Of a stretch of 64,000 nucleotides of DNA, positions 9,869 through 19,438 are shown one piece after another. The notes beneath the pieces were generated by a model, which was given only the letters and a program-made list of their open reading frames with translations, searched no databases and was not told the origin of the DNA. Each line of letters starts with the position of its first letter. The stretch's first letter is position 1. Origin of the DNA: Hydrogenophilales bacterium 16-64-40. Lineage in GTDB: Bacteria > Pseudomonadota > Gammaproteobacteria > Burkholderiales > Thiobacillaceae. A program made the translations under genes and the position numbers. The stretch is from contig NCGX01000008.1 in the NCBI GenBank assembly GCA_002256995.1, positions 6,441 to 70,440 of the forward strand, written 5' to 3'.

Positions 9869-10984
9869 TCAATCCAGCAGCATGCTGACGCGATCCCGGC
9901 CCCCGGACTTGGACTGGTACATGGCCTCGTCTGCGCGCGACAGCACTTCCGCCATGCCCTCTCCGGAGTGGGCGACCGTTACGCCGAAGCTCGCGGTCAG
10001 CTTCAGGTCGGGATTGTCGAATCGGATGCGTTTGGTCGCCTCGCGCAGGCGTTCTGCCAGGGCGACCGCCTCGTCGATCCCGGTTTGGGGCAGTAGCAGC
10101 ACGAATTCTTCCCCGCCGTATCGCGCCATGAAATCGCTGGTGCGGAGCATGTCCTTGAGCCGCTCGGCAAACAGCTTGAGCACGGTGTCGCCCGTGGCAT
10201 GCCCGTAGAAATCATTCACGCGCTTGAACCAGTCGATGTCGGTCATGATGACCGACAGGGGCTGGTCGTAGCGCGCCTGACGGGCCAGCTCCATCGAGAG
10301 TCTTTCATCCAGATAGCGGCGGTTGGCCACTCCGGTGAGCGGATCGGTCAGCATCTGTTCGCGGATATGCGCCTCGTTTTGCTGCAACTTCTGATAGGCA
10401 GATTCGCGATCCTTCACAAAGTAATACAGCATCATTCCGATCAGAATGAATCCGACGCCGGTATTCATGAAGAAGTACAGGGTGTTGAGCCCGGCTGTCA
10501 TGGGACGCGCATGCGCGGCCAGGGTCTGGTCGAATACTGCGGAGAGGATGAGCAGGCCTAGAAAGGCCAGCATCCAGCGGGATGCCGCCTTCAGGTCGAT
10601 AAAAAACAAGGCGGCCAGCGGCGCGAAAAAGGCCCAGATCATCACCACGCTGCCGTTGGCAAAACCGCCCAGGCTCCACATCAGCAGGAAGGGGAGCAGC
10701 AGGATGAGGAGTTGCTGGCTGAAGCAAAAGAAGGCAAAACGCTTGGTCTTGAAAAAATGCAGGGTGCTGCCGAAGGAAATAACGGAATAGCTGAGCGGAA
10801 TGGCGCCGGCCACGGGGTAGCCGCTGTACAGGTAGAGGCCGCCCCAGAACACGGCCATGAACGCAATGCTGGTGGAGACGATCGTCATCACCGCCTTTTT
10901 CAGGCGCAAGTCTTCCGAGTCACTGGGGGAAACGCCCAATGTGGACCAGCGCCGGATGAGGCCTTGTGGCGGTATCTCGGTCAT
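9869..10984 (-). CDS. Membrane-bound diguanylate cyclase
   Basis: Multi-TM N-terminus, DPLTG..NRR, DIDWFKRVND, RYGGEEF with RxxD I-site. Confidence 0.9.
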   Translation of the reverse strand: MTEIPPQGLIRRWSTLGVSPSDSEDLRLKKAVMTIVSTSIAFMAVFWGGLYLYSGYPVAGAIPLSYSVISFGSTLHFFKTKRFAFFCFSQQLLILLLPFLLMWSLGGFANGSVVMIWAFFAPLAALFFIDLKAASRWMLAFLGLLILSAVFDQTLAAHARPMTAGLNTLYFFMNTGVGFILIGMMLYYFVKDRESAYQKLQQNEAHIREQMLTDPLTGVANRRYLDERLSMELARQARYDQPLSVIMTDIDWFKRVNDFYGHATGDTVLKLFAERLKDMLRTSDFMARYGGEEFVLLLPQTGIDEAVALAERLREATKRIRFDNPDLKLTASFGVTVAHSGEGMAEVLSRADEAMYQSKSGGRDRVSMLLD

Positions 10985-11115
10985 GTCGTGGCGATCACCG
11001 GCCCGGTCCGGTCAAGCTTGTGGTTTCAATGATGGATAACGGCTTCTGATTCTTCAAAATAAACACCCCCTCACGAGAAGTCGCCGGGAATTTTTTGCTG
11101 ATAAGCTTTGTAACT

Positions 11116-11610
11116 ATGATTGACCCAGTCTTTCAGGTTGTGCTCTGGCTGCTGGCGGCATTGCTGATCGTACTCGGATTTGCCGGGCTGATCCTGCCTG
11201 TGGTGCCCGGCATTCCCCTGGTTTTTGCCGGGCTGGTGCTGTTGGCATGGGCGGAGAATTTTGTCTATGTCGGCTGGATGACGCTCACCTTGCTGGGGCT
11301 GCTGGCGCTGGTGAGCTATGGCGTCGATTTCCTGGCCTCGGCGCTGGGTGCGAAGAAGTTCGGCGCATCGCCGCGCGCAGTGGCCGGCGCGGCGCTGGGC
11401 GCGCTGGCGGGGCTGTTTTTCGGCCTGGTTGGCATTGTGCTGGGTCCGTTTGTCGGGGCCGTCATCGGCGAGTTCAGCCGCAAGTCTTCAGTGCGGGCAG
11501 CGGCGCATGCGGGCGTGGGGGCGACGCTGGGCCTGCTATTTGGTGTCTTGCTGAAGATTGCCCTGGCCTTTGCCATGATCGGCGTATTCGTGCTGGACCG
11601 CCTGCTATAG
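11116..11610 (+). CDS. DUF456 family membrane protein
   Basis: GLILPVVPG, GAKKFGAS and GPFVGAVIGE motifs; hydrophobic. Confidence 0.85.
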   Translation: MIDPVFQVVLWLLAALLIVLGFAGLILPVVPGIPLVFAGLVLLAWAENFVYVGWMTLTLLGLLALVSYGVDFLASALGAKKFGASPRAVAGAALGALAGLFFGLVGIVLGPFVGAVIGEFSRKSSVRAAAHAGVGATLGLLFGVLLKIALAFAMIGVFVLDRLL

Positions 11611-11622
11611 AGAACAGTCAAG

Positions 11623-12195
11623 ATGGCAATCAATTCGCATGCTGCAATGAAAGGGAAGAACAAGATTCGCGCTTCGCCCTACTTCGCTGCGGTGTTGGCC
11701 ACGGCTTTGCTGGCAGCCTGCACCACACCGGCGCCGCCGCTTCCGACTGTGCCGGCTGTCGACCTGGGCCGTTATTCCGGCACCTGGTACGAGATCGCGC
11801 GGCTGCCCAACCGGTTTCAAGCGATGTGCGTTTCGGATACCCGGGCGACGTATCAGCCGGATGGCAAAGGTGTGCTGGTGGTGAATGAATGCCGCACGGC
11901 CGACGGCAGGATCGAACAGGCCACTGGGGTCGCCAAACAGGTTGAGGGAAGCGATGGCGCCAAGCTGCGGGTGAGTTTTTTCAGGCCTTTCTATGGCGAT
12001 TACTGGATTCTGGAACTCGACCCGGACTACCGCTGGGTGCTGGTCGGCGAACCGGGCCGCAACTACGCCTGGGTTCTGGCGCGGGAGCCTGTGCTCGATG
12101 AGGCGACGCTGGAGAAGTTGCTGGCGCGGGCGACAGCGCTTGGATTCGAGCGGCAGGCGTTCTTGAGAACGCCGCATACCCGATCCCCGCACTGA
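11623..12195 (+). CDS. blc: Outer-membrane lipocalin
   Basis: Lipobox LAAC; VDLGRYSGTWYEIAR, KLRVSFFRPFYGDYWI and WVLAREP. Confidence 0.9.
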   Translation: MAINSHAAMKGKNKIRASPYFAAVLATALLAACTTPAPPLPTVPAVDLGRYSGTWYEIARLPNRFQAMCVSDTRATYQPDGKGVLVVNECRTADGRIEQATGVAKQVEGSDGAKLRVSFFRPFYGDYWILELDPDYRWVLVGEPGRNYAWVLAREPVLDEATLEKLLARATALGFERQAFLRTPHTRSPH

Positions 12196-12280
12196 CGCCG
12201 GCTGCACGGAGCGGTTCAGGCCGGCCCCATTCAAAAAAAACGGCACCCTACCTGATCACTGGCATTCCGCGCCCTCCGCG

Positions 12281-13216
12281 TCAGAACCAGAAGGACGTGT
12301 CCTTGGTCAGGAACTCGTGGTGCGGCATGTAGTGCGAGCCATCGCAGGAAAAGGTCACGCTGATCATGCCGTTGAAAAGGTTGATCGACGCCATGCGCAG
12401 GTAGATCGTCGGATCGGTGAGGCGCAAGGCCTGCAGGGTAGCCAGGATGCGGCCGATTTCGTCCGGCGCGACCGCGGCATCGGGCGGGTAGGGACGTGGC
12501 GGATAGATCAGGCAGATGTCCGGGTCGCTCAGGGTCTCGTGATCCAGGATGCGATAGCGCAGGGGATCGTCCAGCGTCCAGATGGTGGCCAGGCTGCTGG
12601 AAAAATGGATCTGGCATTGAAACACGCCGCGCTCGGTCAGCAGTTCTTCCAAGATGGACAGCGCCTGTTCCAGATTGCCGTCCATCGGACTTTCCACCCG
12701 GCTTTGCTGAAATACCGTGCGGCGGATCGCCGGGTCGCCCTTCACCTGGCGCCAGTCGCCCGGCTCTTCGTAGAGCTCAGCGGTCACCGGCAGATCGCGC
12801 AAGTCGAAAGTGGCCCCGAGATAGCCCACGACCACCGAATCCCGGTGCACCACCTGGAGCGCCGTGAGCGACGGCCGGTGTTCGTTCTGCCCGATGTAGG
12901 CGTCCGAGAGCAGGAACCCCCAGACCGGCACCGCTTCCTGCATGTACGGGCGTTGTGAGCGGTCGCGCCCGACATGCTCGGGCACAATCCCCGTCGGGCC
13001 GACGTTGTTGCAGATCTGTATCCCGTCCATGCCCACGCAGTACAGGGTCGAGCAATGCGGAATGCTGGAGAAATTCTCCGTGAGCGCCGCATCCAGCGCA
13101 TCGCAATCGCCCCATGCCGGTGCACACCGCTCAGCCAGTTGCCCCAGCGGCTGCCGCAGCATGCGCGCCAGTTCCTCGCGCTGCTGGTGGATGCTGTCTT
13201 TCCATGAACGCTTCAT
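12281..13216 (-). CDS. Soluble Cache/PDC-like domain protein of unknown function
   Basis: Cache-like DRSQRPYMQ..LSDAYI..LTA segment, no TM segments, no output domain. The start is at 13216, or at 13285 (GAGGA RBS). The track start at 13579 runs through the promoter. Confidence 0.65.
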   Translation of the reverse strand: MKRSWKDSIHQQREELARMLRQPLGQLAERCAPAWGDCDALDAALTENFSSIPHCSTLYCVGMDGIQICNNVGPTGIVPEHVGRDRSQRPYMQEAVPVWGFLLSDAYIGQNEHRPSLTALQVVHRDSVVVGYLGATFDLRDLPVTAELYEEPGDWRQVKGDPAIRRTVFQQSRVESPMDGNLEQALSILEELLTERGVFQCQIHFSSSLATIWTLDDPLRYRILDHETLSDPDICLIYPPRPYPPDAAVAPDEIGRILATLQALRLTDPTIYLRMASINLFNGMISVTFSCDGSHYMPHHEFLTKDTSFWF

Positions 13217-13357
13217 GCCGCTTCCATCCTGCCTGTTGGTACCCACGGCTTGGTCTTCGGTACGTGCAGCGATGTTCCCCCACATGGATGTCGTCCTCTT
13301 CAATAATGAATGGCGGCCTTGCTGCCGGCTGGCATTTCGGCACGCCAGCTTCACTAC

Positions 13358-13373
13358 AGCACGCACCGTGCCA
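13358..13373 (-). promoter_or_regulatory. Sigma-54 promoter for the Cache/PDC-like gene
   Basis: The minus strand reads TGGCACG-GTGC-GTGCT. Confidence 0.65.
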
Positions 13374-13502
13374 GAATTGTATTCACCTTTATTTTCAGTG
13401 GCTTGGACAAAATCCAAGGCGGCGGGCCGCCTCGTTTCGTCGCCATGAGACGACACCAAACAGGGCTTCACAGACAACTCGTTGTAAGGAATGGATATTT
13501 CC

Positions 13503-13520
13503 TGTCCTGCAACGGGGACA
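13503..13520. promoter_or_regulatory. Palindromic TGTC-N10-GACA site, possible bEBP enhancer
   Basis: CCTGTCC...GGACAGG inverted repeat ~130 nt upstream of the sigma-54 box at 13358-13373. Confidence 0.35.
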
Positions 13521-13616
13521 GGCTGGGCCGGCACGGAAACGGCCCGGGTTTCGCATGGCCCCGCAAGCGCAAGCATCATCCGCGACCAAGCGCATGCAGG
13601 GCTGCCCGCACTAACG

Positions 13617-13645
13617 AAAAAAGGCGGCCCAACAGGCCGCCTTTT
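13617..13645 (-). terminator. Rho-independent terminator after PEP-CTERM gene 2
   Basis: The minus strand reads AAAAGGCGGCC-TGTTG-GGCCGCCTTTTTT. Confidence 0.8.
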
Positions 13646-13666
13646 GTGTTCCGGCGTTGCTTGAAC

Positions 13667-14516
13667 TTACGCCTTCAAAAGTTGCTTCCGGCGACGTGCA
13701 ACCCCCAGCCCGAGCAGCCCCACCCCAATCAGCGCAATGCCAGCCGGCTCAGGAACCGAAAAGCGAACATAGCCTGGCGTGTGTTCCAAACCTTCACCGG
13801 AATAGAACGTCTCCGCGAATTCCCCTCCGGGGGCCGGGGCATTATAAAAGCCGGTAACGATCGGCTGGTAAAGTGGATTCCCGCTGTATTCCTGCGAGAC
13901 CAGGGCATACGTGAATGCATCATCGCAAATGGTGCCAATAGGATTGGGGCCGGGGCAGGGCGCTGCATTCAACGTCTCGGTGAAGAATAGGTGGAAGTCA
14001 CCGTGCCACGTGCCAACCTGATTTGTCCTTGCTGCATCATCGTAGAGCCTCAAGTTGTAGGACACGGTGATCGGGTCCGGGCCAAAGCCGGTGCCGGCTA
14101 TGGTTTCGTTGTGGTGAACGACGTAACCGAAGTCCACCGCAGGGCCGCCATAGTCGACCGAGCCAGTCAGGTCTGCCCCGACACCCGGATGGTTCTGGAA
14201 AGGTCCAGATATATCGAACGGCGGAAAGTCATCATTGATCTGGTTGATCACCGCCCCGCTATCGCCGGTTCCGGCAATGCCCGTCCCCCAGTTAAAGGTC
14301 GACCAGACATCGTCACCATCATCCAAGACCGCATTGCGCGCATCCAGTGAGGAGCGGTACCCTGAATAGGGTGTGGGAGCTGGAAAGCTGGCTGAATCGC
14401 TGCCCTCCACGAAGCCGCCACCCGCAGTGTAATACAAGGTCAGCGCCGAGGCAGACCCCATCGAACCGGCCGCCAACACGCCGGCTACCAGTGTGCTCAG
14501 TAAGGTTCTTTTCATG
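13667..14516 (-). CDS. PEP-CTERM surface protein (THxN/choice-of-anchor-K-like)
   Basis: Signal peptide MKRTLLSTLVAG..ASA (ATG near 14515; exact start not refined); TFNWG, VHHN and FTETLN..C..C.D motifs; VPEP-TM-RRRK sorting signal. Confidence 0.85.
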
Positions 14517-14623
14517 ATTCGCTCCTCTATTAACGTATTAACGATGGATAACATTGAATGAAACAAGCTGCTGTTGGCGGCCACCCTTGGCTTCATCGAG
14601 AAGACACCCACGGCAGACACTAA

Positions 14624-14639
14624 AGCACGCAGCATGCCA
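14624..14639 (-). promoter_or_regulatory. Sigma-54 promoter for PEP-CTERM gene 2
   Basis: The minus strand reads TGGCATG-CTGC-GTGCT. Confidence 0.7.
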
Positions 14640-14658
14640 GTCCTTTATTGGCTATAAA

Positions 14659-14671
14659 AATCAACCAGTTA
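14659..14671 (+). promoter_or_regulatory. IHF binding site
   Basis: AATCAA-CCAG-TTA is a perfect WATCAANNNNTTR match and lies between the enhancer and the sigma-54 box. Confidence 0.6.
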
Positions 14672-14724
14672 ACGTAGTTAAATGATGCGTTTTTCAGGCG
14701 CGATCGGCTTTGTGTTTCTGGGAA

Positions 14725-14740
14725 GTAAAGCCGCGCGACA
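14725..14740 (-). promoter_or_regulatory. Putative enhancer TGTCG-N5-CTTTAC upstream of PEP-CTERM gene 2
   Basis: The minus strand reads TGTCG-CGCGG-CTTTAC, 85 nt upstream of the sigma-54 box. Confidence 0.6.
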
Positions 14741-15362
14741 GGGGGGCGGGCATTTCAAATGACTGGCCAATCGGTGACCGGTATAGAAAAAGGGTATGTA
14801 GAACAAGGCGATATTCGTTTTGTCGGGTTGAACGGCGCACATTCACGACAGGAGGAAAGGCCGAATATGGACATCCGGTTTATGTTCCAGAACTGGCACA
14901 CCTTGTGTCGCACCTTCGTGTCGCAGCCACGCATTATTTCGCCCACTTCGTGCCAGTCAATTTTTCTGCGGTGGGATTGGGCAGCAGTCACGCATCGACG
15001 CGCATACCAAGGCAGGACAGCATCCGGACGGAAATCAAGCGATGGACACGCCCTCAATCCGGTTCAGCGTAAGGGGCCTGATTGGGCAGCAAAGCATGCA
15101 GCTGCCCGGATTTATTTTGTCCGTTCCGACGACGGCAGCTGTAAAGAATTCCGACTTTTCCAGCGCATCGCCGGGCCCGTTCGTCATTGGATTCCCTGAC
15201 GACATGGTTTGAGCCCAGGCCACCTACTGAACACGCCGCAACGCCTGGACAAGATGCTTGATAGCCGATTGTTTTTGTCTGGCATTGACCTAAAAAGAGT
15301 ACAGACCGGCGCCTGATTCAGCGCGCCGGATTCAATTCACCGTGTCTCAGGAGGACCACACC

Positions 15363-15785
15363 ATGAGAAACGTACATATCGACTATCACGGCCCCGACCG
15401 GGGCTTTCAGGCCGCCAGCCTCCTCGCCAAAGACGCCGCGAAGGAAAACCAGATGAAGGATCCGACCATCATCTCCTGGCATCGCAGCAACAGGCTGGGG
15501 GCGACACCCCCCTACTATGACGGCGCCAACCCCGAAACCTGGTGGGAAAAATTCGGCGAGGGCAACGGCGGCGGGCTGGAGGTCAGCGTCGGCGAGGATG
15601 ACTATCAGTTCATCATGATGGATGCGCGCGGTTTTGAGACCGTGGGCGACGTCCCGCTGCGCAACCTGACGGATCGCGACGGCAATCCCTACCTCTGCCT
15701 GACGCCGCTGCAAGGCCGCGATTCAGCCACCCCCAAGCCGGAAGCCTGCATTCTTCTGGACGGCTGGGCGGCCGATCAGTATTGA
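15363..15785 (+). CDS. Hypothetical protein, possibly AF1514/DUF5619-like
   Basis: Strong RBS AGGAGG and host-like codon usage. The family resemblance is from memory only. Confidence 0.6.
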   Translation: MRNVHIDYHGPDRGFQAASLLAKDAAKENQMKDPTIISWHRSNRLGATPPYYDGANPETWWEKFGEGNGGGLEVSVGEDDYQFIMMDARGFETVGDVPLRNLTDRDGNPYLCLTPLQGRDSATPKPEACILLDGWAADQY

Positions 15786-15863
15786 GGTCGGGTCAGAAAG
15801 CCGGTCCGCGCGCAGTCGCGGGCGGGGCGCCGGGCGTGTATTCCACGGGAGGAGCAGGGCGCG

Positions 15864-16529
15864 ATGAACCACACCATTAATTTGCTGATGAGCCAGTTCG
15901 TCACCCACGACGTGAAGCGATTCATCGTCAGCAAGCCATCCGGATTTTCCGTCGTTCCCGGCCAGGGGGTGGAGCTGGCGATCAACCGGCCCGGCCAGCG
16001 CGAACAGGGGCGGCCGTTCACCCCCACCGGACTGGCCGCCGACCGGGTGCTCGAGTTCACCATCAAGGCTTATCCCGACCCCGCCGGCGTCACCCAGGCG
16101 CTGCACCAGTTGGAGCCGGGCGCCGAACTGTTGCTGTCCGAGCCGTTCGGCACCATCCGTTACCAGGGACCCGGTGTGTTCATCGCCGGCGGCGCCGGCA
16201 TCACGCCTTTTCTGGCCATCCTGCGCGAACTGGCGCGCACGGGGGAAGCGGGCGGCCAGACGTTGATCTTCTCCAACAAGACGCCGGCTGACGTGATCTG
16301 CGAAAAGGAGCTGCGCCATGTGCTGGGGGAACGCTGCATCCTGACCTGTACCGGCGCCGCTGCGCCAGGGTATGCGCAGCGGCGGGTCGACCGCGCCTTC
16401 CTGGAAGCAACAGTCAGTGATTTCAAGCAGCGCTTTTATGTCTGCGGCCCGCCCCCTTTCATGGAGGCGGTCAACGGCGCGCTGGCGGACCTGGGTGCCA
16501 GCACGGAAAGCCTGGTGTTTGAACGGTGA
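15864..16529 (+). CDS. FAD/NAD(P)-binding ferredoxin/flavodoxin reductase family oxidoreductase
   Basis: RPFT, EFTIKAY, FIAGGAGITPF and FYVCGPPPF motifs. Confidence 0.9.
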   Translation: MNHTINLLMSQFVTHDVKRFIVSKPSGFSVVPGQGVELAINRPGQREQGRPFTPTGLAADRVLEFTIKAYPDPAGVTQALHQLEPGAELLLSEPFGTIRYQGPGVFIAGGAGITPFLAILRELARTGEAGGQTLIFSNKTPADVICEKELRHVLGERCILTCTGAAAPGYAQRRVDRAFLEATVSDFKQRFYVCGPPPFMEAVNGALADLGASTESLVFER

Positions 16530-16598
16530 ATTCCGGATCGACGATCTGACGGGACTGCTTGGTGGTCGCCGCTTACGGCAAGCCGGCGTACCCCGATA

Positions 16599-19337
16599 TC
16601 AGCCCAGCCGTGCGTGCTGCGCCTCCAGCTTTTGCAGCATGGCGGCAAAATCGGCCAGCCGCGCCTGCTCCTGCTGCACCACGGCAGCGGGTGCTCGATC
16701 GACAAAGCTGGCGTTGGCCAGCTTGCCTTGTGCCTTGGTGATTTCGTTCTGGATGCGGGCGATTTCCTTGGCGAGCCGGGCGCGCTCCGCGTCCTTGTCG
16801 ATTTCCACCACCAGCATCATCCGCATGTCGCCGACCAGCGCGACCGGGGCGTCCGCTTCCGGCAGCACGGACACGGCACTGACTTCGGAAAGCTTGCCGA
16901 GCGCGACGATGTAGGGCGCCAGCGCGTTGATCACGCCGGCGTCGCCCTCGATCACCAGCGGCACGCGCTGAGCGGGCGACAGGCCCATTTCGCTGCGCAG
17001 GGTGCGGCAGGCGTTGACCAGTTCCTTCAGCAGCTGGACCCGCGCGACGCTGTCGGGATGGCGCTGCGCTTCGTCGACCTGCGGGAAGGGGGCCAGCATG
17101 ATGCTGTCGCCGCTGACGCCGGCGAGCGGCGCCACCTTTTGCCACAGCTCTTCGGTGATAAAGGGGATGATGGGGTGGGCGAGGCGCAGCGTGGCTTCGA
17201 GCACCGTTGCCAGGGTGCGGCGGGTGGCGCGCTGCTGCTCGGGCGTGCCGCTGTTCAACTGCACCTTGGCGAGTTCCAGATACCAGTCGCAGTATTCGTC
17301 CCACACGAATTCGTAGATCCCGCGCGCGGCCTGGTCGAAGCGGTAGGCGGCAAACGCCGCGTGCACCTCGCCGACGGCCTGCTGCAGGCGCGCGGCGATC
17401 CAACGGTCGGCGTCGGAGAACTCCACCGGCAGGCTGGCGTCCTGGCCGCAGTCGTGGCCTTCCAGGTTCATCAGCGCGAAGCGGGTGGCGTTCCACAGCT
17501 TGTTGCAGAAGTTGCGGTAGCCCTCGGCGCGCTGCAGGTCGAACTTGATGTCGCGGCCGTGCGTGGCCAGGCTGGCGAAGGTGAAGCGCAGGGCATCGGT
17601 GCCGAATGCGGCGATGCCGTCCGGGAATTCGCGGCGGGTGCGTTTCTCGATGCTCGGTGCTTTCCTGGGGTCCATCAGGCCGGTGGTGCGCTTGGCGACC
17701 AGATCGTCGACCGCGATGCCGTCAATGAGGTCGATCGGGTCGAGCACGTTGCCCTTCGACTTGCTCATCTTCTGGCCTTCGGAATCGCGCACCAGGCCGG
17801 TCACGTACACCTCGCGGAATGGCACCTTGCCGGTGAGGTGCAGCGACATCATCACCATGCGCGCGACCCAGAAGAAGATGATGTCGAAGCCGGTGACCAG
17901 CACCGAGGTCGGCAGGAAGCGTTCGAGTTCGGGCGTTTTCTCGGGCCAGCCCAGCGTCGAGAAGGGCCACAGCGCGGAAGAGAACCAGGTGTCGAGGACG
18001 TCGTTGTCCTGCGTCAGTTCGCGGCCGCCGGCCTGTTTCTTCGCCTCTTCTTCGGTGTAGGCGACGTAGAAATTGCCGTCGGCGTCGTACCACGCAGGGA
18101 TGCGGTGGCCCCACCACAGCTGGCGCGAGATGCACCAGTCCTGGATGTTCTCCAGCCACTGGCGATAGGTGGTGGTCCAGTTCTCCGGGACGAATTTCAG
18201 CTCGCCCGAATCGACCGAAGCCAGTCCCTGCTGGGCCAGGCCTTCCATGCTCATGAACCACTGGTCGGTGAGCATCGGCTCGATCGCCGCATGGGTGCGG
18301 TCGCCGCGCGGGATCATCAGCTTGTGCGGCTTGGCCGACACCAGCAGGCCCTTCTCATGCAGCGCGTCGAGCAACTTCTGGCGCGCGTCGTAGCGATCCA
18401 GTCCCTGGTATTCGGTCGGGCACAGCTCGTTCATTTTGGCGTCGAGCGTCAGCACGCTGATCGCCACCAGCTTGTGGCGCTGCCCGACCTGCCAGTCGTT
18501 GAAGTCATGCGCCGGGGTAATCTTGACCACGCCGGTGCCGAATTCGCGGTCGACATAGTCGTCGGCGATGATGGGGATGCTGCGCTCGGCGATCGGCAGT
18601 CGCACCTGCTTGCCGATGAGATGGCAGTAGCGCTCGTCCTCCGGATGCACCGCGACCGCGCTGTCGCCGAGCAGGGTTTCCGGGCGGGTGGTGGCGACGG
18701 TCAAAAATCCGGAGCCGTCTTCAAGCGGATAGTTGATCTCCCACATGAAGCCGTCTTCCTCGGTGGCGACCACTTCGAGGTCGGACACCGCGGTGCCGAG
18801 CACCGGGTCCCAGTTCACCAGCCGTTTGCCGCGGTAGATGAGGCCTTCGCGGTAGAGCCGCACGAAGACTTCGGTGACGGACTTCGACAGGCCCTCGTCC
18901 ATGGTGAAGCGCTCGCGGCTCCAGTCCGGGCTGGTGCCGAGCCGGCGCATCTGGCGGGTGATGGTGGAGCCGGAGTGCTCCTTCCATTCCCATACCTTTT
19001 CGAGGAATTTCTCGCGGCCGAGGTCGTGGCGCGACACGCCCTGCGCGTCGAGCTGGCGTTCCACCACGATCTGGGTGGCAATGCCGGCGTGGTCGGTGCC
19101 AGGCTGCCACAGCGTGTTGTCGCCCGCCATGCGGTGGTAGCGGGTGAGCGCGTCCATCAGGGTGTGCTGGAAGGCGTGCCCCATGTGCAGGGTGCCGGTG
19201 ACGTTGGGCGGCGGCAGCATGATGCAGTAGGCATCGGCGTCGGGCGCCTCGCCCGCCTTGAAGTAGCCGGCGCTTTCCCACTGGGCGTACCAGCGTTTTT
19301 CGATGTCGGCCGGTTCGAAGGATTTGGCGAGTTCCAT
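16599..19337 (-). CDS. valS: Valine--tRNA ligase
   Basis: [14 protein letters not shown] (HIGH), [17 protein letters not shown] and a C-terminal coiled coil. Confidence 0.98.
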   Translation of the reverse strand: MELAKSFEPADIEKRWYAQWESAGYFKAGEAPDADAYCIMLPPPNVTGTLHMGHAFQHTLMDALTRYHRMAGDNTLWQPGTDHAGIATQIVVERQLDAQGVSRHDLGREKFLEKVWEWKEHSGSTITRQMRRLGTSPDWSRERFTMDEGLSKSVTEVFVRLYREGLIYRGKRLVNWDPVLGTAVSDLEVVATEEDGFMWEINYPLEDGSGFLTVATTRPETLLGDSAVAVHPEDERYCHLIGKQVRLPIAERSIPIIADDYVDREFGTGVVKITPAHDFNDWQVGQRHKLVAISVLTLDAKMNELCPTEYQGLDRYDARQKLLDALHEKGLLVSAKPHKLMIPRGDRTHAAIEPMLTDQWFMSMEGLAQQGLASVDSGELKFVPENWTTTYRQWLENIQDWCISRQLWWGHRIPAWYDADGNFYVAYTEEEAKKQAGGRELTQDNDVLDTWFSSALWPFSTLGWPEKTPELERFLPTSVLVTGFDIIFFWVARMVMMSLHLTGKVPFREVYVTGLVRDSEGQKMSKSKGNVLDPIDLIDGIAVDDLVAKRTTGLMDPRKAPSIEKRTRREFPDGIAAFGTDALRFTFASLATHGRDIKFDLQRAEGYRNFCNKLWNATRFALMNLEGHDCGQDASLPVEFSDADRWIAARLQQAVGEVHAAFAAYRFDQAARGIYEFVWDEYCDWYLELAKVQLNSGTPEQQRATRRTLATVLEATLRLAHPIIPFITEELWQKVAPLAGVSGDSIMLAPFPQVDEAQRHPDSVARVQLLKELVNACRTLRSEMGLSPAQRVPLVIEGDAGVINALAPYIVALGKLSEVSAVSVLPEADAPVALVGDMRMMLVVEIDKDAERARLAKEIARIQNEITKAQGKLANASFVDRAPAAVVQQEQARLADFAAMLQKLEAQHARLG

Positions 19338-19438
19338 GGCGTGCGGGCAAAGGCGGCATTATCCCAAAGAACCTGCGGCACGTCGCGAAGAAACCTGGGA
19401 TACGCCCCAAAAAAGCGTGTTAAACCTGCGCTGCCGTG

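Noticed and set aside
13217-13579. N-terminal extension of the 432-aa track ORF
   Set aside because: It spans a sigma-54 promoter and hairpins, so it is regulatory DNA rather than coding.
14710-15223. Four overlapping 62-146-aa ORFs
   Set aside because: Cys/Trp/Arg-rich, non-host composition and no motifs. Not called as CDS, although an RBS-like GGAGG precedes the ATG at 14868.
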